A stretch of DNA of 24,913 nt from Gemmatimonadota bacterium (GTDB lineage Bacteria; Gemmatimonadota; Gemmatimonadetes; Gemmatimonadales; GWC2-71-9), in assembly GCA_039591655.1 (NCBI GenBank), contig JBDHDE010000040.1:1-24913 (forward strand), given 5' to 3'. The first letter of the stretch is position 1, and every line of letters starts with the position of its first letter. A program made the position numbers and the translations under genes. A model generated the notes under the pieces. The model worked only from the letters and a program-made list of their open reading frames with translations, searched no databases and was not told the origin of the DNA. Below are positions 19,214-24,913 of the stretch, in pieces.

Positions 19214-20845
19214 TCACACCTTGAAGACCTGGGGCGTCGTCTCCTCGGCGGGAGCCTGGGGTTCGCTGGTGCGGGGGGGCTCGTGCCGGTCCCACCAGTT
19301 GCGCGCACGGTCCCGCGTCCAAGGCTGCTCCACCCTTATGGCCGCGAGCCGGGCGTCCACGATCTCGGCCGAGGGCGGCCGCTCCGTCTTGTCCTTCCGC
19401 AGGCAATCGAGCACCAGCTGATCGAGCTCCGCCGGTACCTCGAGCTCGGTGTGCTGCGAGGGGGGTGCGGGCTCTTGATGGATGTGCTGCACCAGCATCA
19501 GCATGGGCGTGTCCGCCCGGAACACCGTGCGCCCCGTGAGCAGCCAGAACGCCACGCATCCCAAGGAGTAGAGATCGCTCCGCGGATCGACCTCCTCGCC
19601 CTCCCCCGCGGCCCCTTCCGGTGAGCCGTACGCCGGCGTGCCGGCGAACGCCCCCACCTCGGTGAGCTTCACGTCACGCCGCCCCCGCTCACCGGCCCGC
19701 TTCACCAGCCCGAAGTCGAGCACCTTCACGAAATCGAGGTCCTGCCCGTGGCGGCACAGGAAGATGTTCGCCGGCTTGATGTCGCGGTGCACTAGGCCGT
19801 CGCTATGCGCCTCGGCCAGGGAGTGACACGCCTGCCGCAAGATGTGAATCGCGCGCTCCGCCGGGATCGGCCCGTACTGCTTGACGAGATCCTCGAGACT
19901 CAGTCCGTCGAGCAGCTCCATCACGTAGTAGAACGCCCGCTCCGCCGTGAGCCCGTAGTCGTACACCTCCACCGTGTGCGGGGAGCGGAGCAGGGCGGTC
20001 GCCTGGACCTCCCGCTCGAAGCGGTGGTGCTCGCTGCCGGTGCTGCGCCCCGACCCCGAGCTGCCCATCTCTCCCCGGACGAGCTTGATGGCGGCGGGAC
20101 GCGCCAGCATGCGGTGCTCGGCCTTCCACACCTCACCCATGCCGCCTTCGCCCAGCTTCTCGACGAGCTGGTAGCTCCCCATGCGACGGGCCTTGGAGAT
20201 ATCCGAGCCCATGCGGTACACCACCCGCGACCCGACAATTGCGATGACGGCGCAGATGTAGTTGGCGAGGATCATGGGGACCACGAATCCCGCGGGGAGC
20301 GGGGGGGCGCCGCCCGCCACGCCGAGGGCGTACAGCAGCGGGGTGGTCGATGCCGCTGCCAGCGCAGCCACGGTGGCCTTGCCCGGCGTAGCGGGCACGA
20401 TGAGCGGGAAGAACACGATCCAGACGCACACCCACGAGATCCCGGCGAGCGCCACCTCCTGCGGCCACATACCGAAGGCGAGGTGCACGTCGATCCCCGC
20501 AGCACCTACGACCTCGTAGACCAGCCCGATGTCGAGCAGCCGCTGCCCCGTGACGAGACCGCTGCGGGCGAAGAAGAAGACCCCGATCGACAGCGCGATG
20601 AACGCGCCCGCCACAAGATCCCAAAACAGGGGAAAGGCATTGCTCCCCCAGAGCTCGGACCAGTCTCCCGCCACCCGGCCCGACCCGTAAGCCATCAGAT
20701 ACGCGAACGCGTAGACCAGGGCCGCCGTCCCCAGCCGCCGCCCCGCCTTCTCGATCAGGTCCGGCGGCAGGCCCAGCGTAGGGGCTCCTGCGCCGCCGGA
20801 CCCGCTGGTGTGGGAGACTTTCCGATGGACCTCTTGATCGATCAT
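19214..20845 (-). CDS. Ser/Thr protein kinase with N-terminal multi-pass membrane domain
   Basis: About 5-6 TM segments, then LGEGGMGEV, AAIK, HRDIKPAN, DFGLVK, GTPAYGSPE, DLYSLG. Confidence 0.93.
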   Translation of the reverse strand: MIDQEVHRKVSHTSGSGGAGAPTLGLPPDLIEKAGRRLGTAALVYAFAYLMAYGSGRVAGDWSELWGSNAFPLFWDLVAGAFIALSIGVFFFARSGLVTGQRLLDIGLVYEVVGAAGIDVHLAFGMWPQEVALAGISWVCVWIVFFPLIVPATPGKATVAALAAASTTPLLYALGVAGGAPPLPAGFVVPMILANYICAVIAIVGSRVVYRMGSDISKARRMGSYQLVEKLGEGGMGEVWKAEHRMLARPAAIKLVRGEMGSSGSGRSTGSEHHRFEREVQATALLRSPHTVEVYDYGLTAERAFYYVMELLDGLSLEDLVKQYGPIPAERAIHILRQACHSLAEAHSDGLVHRDIKPANIFLCRHGQDLDFVKVLDFGLVKRAGERGRRDVKLTEVGAFAGTPAYGSPEGAAGEGEEVDPRSDLYSLGCVAFWLLTGRTVFRADTPMLMLVQHIHQEPAPPSQHTELEVPAELDQLVLDCLRKDKTERPPSAEIVDARLAAIRVEQPWTRDRARNWWDRHEPPRTSEPQAPAEETTPQVFKV

Positions 20846-21002
20846 ACGCGGCTGGATAGCGCGACGTGCCGTCGCGGTCAGGGCTCCTCTAGATAGTGAT
20901 CCCGTCGCCGGGAGGGGTGAAAGATAGCGCGGCCCGGCCGCGCCGGAACCGCATCCGCCCCGCCTGGCGCCCGTCCGGTGAACGCCCTAGGCTTCCTTAG
21001 CC

Positions 21003-21782
21003 ATGACCCCCTGGGTGACCCGCCTCATCATCGCCAACGCGGGCATGTTCCTCGTGCTCATGATCCTCCCACGGGTGGGGGGATACCTGCTCCTGGTGCC
21101 GGCGGACCTGCTGGGCCCCGTCCTGGGTCGACCGTTCCGGCCGTGGACCATCATCACATACATGTTCCTGCACGCCGGCCCGCTGCACCTGTTCTTCAAC
21201 ATGCTGGCGCTCTACTTCTTCGGGCCGCGGCTCGAGGTGCGCCTCGGCAGTCGCCAGTTCCTGACGCTGTACTTCGTGAGCGGGATCGTCGCAGCGCTGG
21301 TCTCGCTGATCTTCACGCCCTACGCCCGGATCGTGGGCGCCTCCGGCGCGGTGTTCGGAGTCCTGTTGGGCTTCGCCCGGTTCTGGCCCCGCAACGTGAT
21401 CTACATCTGGGGCGTCCTGCCGATCGAGGCGCGCTGGCTCGTTCTCCTGCTCACGGCACTCTCCCTGTGGGGCGGGTACGGAGGAGGCTCGGGCGTCGCC
21501 CACTTCGCGCACCTGGGCGGGTTTCTCGGCGGCTACCTCTATCTCAAGTGGCTGGACTGGCGCTCGCCGGCCAGGCGCTTCAAGAAGCAGGCGGCCGCGC
21601 CTACCGCCAAGGCCGCCGGGAGCACCGACCTGCAGCGCTGGAAGCGGATTCGCCGGGACGGCCTGCATCAGGTGAACCGCGACGAGCTGGACCGCATTCT
21701 GGACAAGATCAGCGCCAAGGGCCTCGCCAGCCTGACCCCCGAGGAGCGGTCCTTCCTCGAACGGTTCAGCCAACAGCACTAG
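21003..21782 (+). CDS. Rhomboid intramembrane serine protease with short helical C-terminal domain
   Basis: HLFFNM, GASG catalytic Ser, AHFAHLGG catalytic His; C-terminal ELDRILDKISAKGLASLTPEERSFL (DUF6576-like). Confidence 0.93.
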   Translation: MTPWVTRLIIANAGMFLVLMILPRVGGYLLLVPADLLGPVLGRPFRPWTIITYMFLHAGPLHLFFNMLALYFFGPRLEVRLGSRQFLTLYFVSGIVAALVSLIFTPYARIVGASGAVFGVLLGFARFWPRNVIYIWGVLPIEARWLVLLLTALSLWGGYGGGSGVAHFAHLGGFLGGYLYLKWLDWRSPARRFKKQAAAPTAKAAGSTDLQRWKRIRRDGLHQVNRDELDRILDKISAKGLASLTPEERSFLERFSQQH

Positions 21783-21810
21783 GTCAGCCGGCGCGCCACT
21801 GGCGGCTGGG

Positions 21811-22461
21811 TCACTCGCTGCGCAGCAGGTCCCCCAGCACTTCCTCCCACATCGCTCCCAGCGTGCGCAGCGTGCTCACCCATGCCCCACGCTGCCCCGC
21901 CGGCACCGCGCCGGCGCTGCTGCCTTCGGGAATCACCCCGGTGGCCCCGGCCTTCTCGGCAGCCAGCAGCGGCTGGAACAGAAAGGTGGTCAGCCGGAAG
22001 GTGAACGCATCGCCGCCGGCCTCACCCACGATGGGGCGGCTGGGGCCCGGCTCGCCGCGGGAGAGACGCCGCTCCAACGTGGTGAACACCCGGTACATCG
22101 GCCAGGCGGCGAAGGGGATGAGGACCTCCCGCAGGTGGGGTCGCGACCCCGAGGCAGCCGGGTGTGGCGGCACGAACCCGACACGGCCCTCCGCGGGTAC
22201 TTCCTCGGGCTCGCCTTCCTCGCGGAACCACTCCAGCGCAATCCCATAGCAGTCGGCCAGGGCTTCCAAGGTTCGATAGCTCGGGTTGGTGCTGCGCCCC
22301 ACGTAGAGGTCCCGCAGTGTCGGATAGGGCAACCCCGTCGCCCGGCTCGCCTCGCTCAGGTTGCCCTCGTGCGCCAAGTGGATGAGGGCGCGAATGCGCC
22401 GGGTCACCAGGTGCTGCGCCCGGGACAGCTGGTGCTTGGGTCGACCGACACGTTTCGCCAT
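21811..22461 (-). CDS. XRE/Cro-like helix-turn-helix protein with unknown C-terminal domain
   Basis: NLSEASRATGLPYPTLRDLYVGRSTNPSYRTLEALADCYGIALEWF resembles an XRE HTH. Start moved to ATG 22461, downstream of the predicted promoter. Confidence 0.75.
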   Translation of the reverse strand: MAKRVGRPKHQLSRAQHLVTRRIRALIHLAHEGNLSEASRATGLPYPTLRDLYVGRSTNPSYRTLEALADCYGIALEWFREEGEPEEVPAEGRVGFVPPHPAASGSRPHLREVLIPFAAWPMYRVFTTLERRLSRGEPGPSRPIVGEAGGDAFTFRLTTFLFQPLLAAEKAGATGVIPEGSSAGAVPAGQRGAWVSTLRTLGAMWEEVLGDLLRSE

Positions 22462-22496
22462 GGCAAGCCTCAGAAGCCGAACCACGTTTCTATTTA

Positions 22497-22525
22497 ATGG
22501 TATGACATCTAACATAATCACGCAA
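22497..22525 (-). promoter_or_regulatory. sigma70 promoter for the HTH gene with an overlapping palindrome
   Basis: Minus strand TTGCGT-N17-TACCAT in an AT-rich patch; TATG-N8-CATA at 22501-22516. Confidence 0.6.
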
Positions 22526-22649
22526 TTCCTGCCGTCGCGGCCCCGCAACGTGACCCAGGTCGCAGCAGCCACCGCCACCTAGGGCGCACCATGCCCACGC
22601 TTGCGGGGTGGGCCCCCGGCCCCCGACGCCCCGCACCGGGAGACCGTCT

Positions 22650-23756
22650 ATGTGCCTGACAGCCGCCGGATTGGTTGAGGAAACAGCAGCCGCGCAAGGC
22701 AACGGCGAGCACGTCGAGGCCGCGGCGGCCGCCGGGCTCGACTACGTGACCGATGCCCTCCCCGGCATCCGGCGCAAGCGCTCCGGCCGGGGTTACTCCT
22801 ACTACGATGCCGACGGCAGCCTCATCCGGGATCGGGTGGTCAGGCGACGTCTAGGCGCCCTGGCGATACCTCCGGCGTGGACCGAGGTCTGGATCTGCCC
22901 CAATCCCCAAGGACACCTCCAGGTCACGGCCCGGGACAGCAAGGGCCGCAAGCAGTACCGCTACCACCCGCGGTTCCGGCAGCAGCGCGACGAGTCCAAA
23001 TTCGGCCGGATGCTCGCCTTCAGCGAGGCGCTGCCGGTGATCCGCGAGCGGGTGGAGCGGGATCTGCGGCGCCGCGGGCTCAAGCGGGAGAAGGTCCTGG
23101 CCACGGTGGTATGGCTCCTGGAGCGAACCCTCTTCCGCGTGGGGAACGTAGCCTACGCCCGCTCCAATCGGTCCTTCGGCCTCACCACCCTGCGCCGGCG
23201 GCACGTGCGGGTCTCGGGCGCCAAGCTCCGCTTCGAGTTCCGCGGCAAGAGCGGCATCACACGGACCGCCGAGATCACGGATCGCCGCATCGCCCGGATC
23301 GTACAACGCTGCCAGGAGCTCCCCGGCCAGGAGCTCTTCAAGTATCTGGACGACGAGGAACGGCGGCAGACCGTCGATTCCGGAGACATCAACGAGTACC
23401 TGCGACAAGTGAGCGGGCGGGACATCACCGCCAAGGACTTCCGCACGTGGGCCGGAACGATTCTGGCCGCCACCATGCTCAGCGAGATCGGGGCAGCCGG
23501 GTCCCAGCGGGAGGCCAACGGGAACGTGGTGCGGGCGGTCGATCAGGTGTCCCGGCACCTGGGCAACACCCGGGCCGTGTGCCGCAAGTACTACGTGCAC
23601 CCGGCGGTGCTCGACGCCTACATGCGGGGCGTCGTCATGGATCCGCTGCCGCCGCCGCCCGACGAAAGCAACGAGCGCCGCCGCCAGCCGACGGCGGCCC
23701 TCAGGCGGGAGGAAGCGGCGGTCCTCCAATTCCTGCAGCGCCTGCTGGCGCGCTAG
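22650..23756 (+). CDS. Bacterial DNA topoisomerase IB
   Basis: IPPAWTEVWI, GRKQYRYH, catalytic set R (FRVGN), K (FRGKSG), KDFRTW, LGNT, Y (KYYVHP). ATG 22650 after GGGAGA. Confidence 0.95.
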   Translation: MCLTAAGLVEETAAAQGNGEHVEAAAAAGLDYVTDALPGIRRKRSGRGYSYYDADGSLIRDRVVRRRLGALAIPPAWTEVWICPNPQGHLQVTARDSKGRKQYRYHPRFRQQRDESKFGRMLAFSEALPVIRERVERDLRRRGLKREKVLATVVWLLERTLFRVGNVAYARSNRSFGLTTLRRRHVRVSGAKLRFEFRGKSGITRTAEITDRRIARIVQRCQELPGQELFKYLDDEERRQTVDSGDINEYLRQVSGRDITAKDFRTWAGTILAATMLSEIGAAGSQREANGNVVRAVDQVSRHLGNTRAVCRKYYVHPAVLDAYMRGVVMDPLPPPPDESNERRRQPTAALRREEAAVLQFLQRLLAR

Positions 23757-23816
23757 GCCGGCACCGGACCCCACTCTCGCGGCGCCCCGCGAGCCGCGTC
23801 ATCTTACACATCGCCC

Positions 23817-24913
23817 ATGTCGAACCTCCCGGAGCGGCTCGCCGCCGTATTGGAAGACCGTTATACCCTCGAGCGGGAGATCGGCCGCGGCGGCATGGCC
23901 ACCGTGTACCTCGCCACCGACCGGAAGCACGAGCGCCAGGTCGCCATCAAGGTGCTCCACCCGGACCTGGTGTCCCACGGCTACCACCCCGAGCGCTTCC
24001 TGCGGGAGATCCGCATCATCGCATCCCTCACACACCCCCAAATCCTGCCGCTGCACGACTCCGACGAGTGTGAGGGCTTCCTCTACTACATCATGCCGTT
24101 CGTCGCCGGCGGGTCCCTGCGGCATCGCCTGGAGCGCGACGCGCCCTTGCCGGTGGACGACACCATCGTCATCGCCCGAGCCGTGGCCGCAGCGCTCGAC
24201 TACGCGCACCGGCACGACGTCCTCCACCGGGACATCAAGCCGGAGAACATCCTGTTCAACGAGGGACAACCGGTGATAGCCGACTTCGGTGTGGCCCGGG
24301 CCATCTCCATCTGCTGCGACGATCTCACCGCCGCCGGCATCGCCATCGGAACGCCGGCGTACATGAGCCCGGAACAGGCCACCGGGGACGAGAACCTCGA
24401 TGCCCGAAGCGACCTCTACGCCCTGGCCTGCGTGGTGTACGAGATGCTCACGGGCACACCGCCGTTCACGGGAGCCAACGCGCGCCAGACGATGGCGCGC
24501 CAGGCGCTGGAGCCACCCCCGTCTGTCCGCGCCCTGCGGCCGGATGTCCCGCCGGGCGTCGAGGGAGCTATCCTGCGGGCCCTGGCCAAGGACCCCGAGG
24601 ACCGCTTCCCCACCACCGTGGAGTTCGCCGAGGCTCTCTCAGCGCCGACATCGGGCGCCGAGCATCTCTTCCCGGCGCCCGACGCCCGCCGCACCATCGC
24701 CGTGCTGCCGTTCGTCAACGCCAGTCCAGATCCCGAGAACGAGTACCTCAGCGACGGGATCACCGACGAGCTGATCAACGCGCTGGCGAAGGTCGAGGGC
24801 CTCCACATCGCCTCCCGCACCTCCGTGTTCGCCCTCAAGGGAAGCGCCAGGGACGTTCGCTCGATCGGGGCCCTGCTCAACGTCTCGGCGATCCTCGAGG
24901 GCACGCTGCGCAA
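23817..24913 (+). CDS. Ser/Thr protein kinase fused to a TolB-like domain (partial; runs off the right edge)
   Basis: Not in the ORF track. Manual translation: MSNLPERLAAVLEDRYTLEREIGRGGMATVYLA...VAIKVL...HRDIKPEN...DFGVARA...GTPAYMSPEQ, then TIAVLPFVNASPDPENEYLSDGITDELINAL. Confidence 0.95.
   Translation, partial: MSNLPERLAAVLEDRYTLEREIGRGGMATVYLATDRKHERQVAIKVLHPDLVSHGYHPERFLREIRIIASLTHPQILPLHDSDECEGFLYYIMPFVAGGSLRHRLERDAPLPVDDTIVIARAVAAALDYAHRHDVLHRDIKPENILFNEGQPVIADFGVARAISICCDDLTAAGIAIGTPAYMSPEQATGDENLDARSDLYALACVVYEMLTGTPPFTGANARQTMARQALEPPPSVRALRPDVPPGVEGAILRALAKDPEDRFPTTVEFAEALSAPTSGAEHLFPAPDARRTIAVLPFVNASPDPENEYLSDGITDELINALAKVEGLHIASRTSVFALKGSARDVRSIGALLNVSAILEGTLR

Noticed and set aside
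21811..23756. Prophage or integrative element (XRE plus tyrosine-recombinase-fold enzyme)
   Set aside because: The enzyme has TopIB-specific motifs; no att repeats, tRNA, phage genes or compositional shift seen.
23776..23793. CTCGCGG/CCGCGAG hairpin after topIB as a terminator
   Set aside because: Short 7-bp stem with no adjacent U tract.

Overview
High-GC (~68-70% by eye) bacterial chromosomal window with no rRNA, tRNA, CRISPR or mobile elements detected. The three Hanks-type Ser/Thr kinases (two with the 'RY.lerElGrGGMA.V.LA.D.K..R.VAIKVL.PeL' N-terminus), the ECF/zf-HC2/DUF4097 triad and the single-cytochrome sdhCAB suggest Gemmatimonadota (inference). Gene order: partial Ser/Thr kinase (-), ornithine cyclodeaminase-family enzyme (-), an unlisted 31-aa membrane peptide coupled to a Na+/solute symporter (+), lipoprotein, NRAMP-like transporter, ECF sigma/anti-sigma/DUF4097 module, sdhCAB, ATP-grasp ligase and M28 peptidase (all -), hslR-adh-unknown membrane protein (+), csp-infA-secreted Vgb-like propeller-short Rho (+), membrane kinase (-), rhomboid (+), XRE-like HTH protein (-) divergent from bacterial topoisomerase IB (+), and a partial kinase/TolB-like protein (+). 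The most interesting candidate system is the csp-infA-(vgb)-rho cluster: three OB-fold RNA-binding proteins behind a strong sigma70 promoter, a ~215-nt leader with an internal terminator-like hairpin, a long hairpin abutting the infA start, and an N-terminally short Rho with a remodelled primary RNA-binding site. All calls come from motif recognition by eye; no searches were run.
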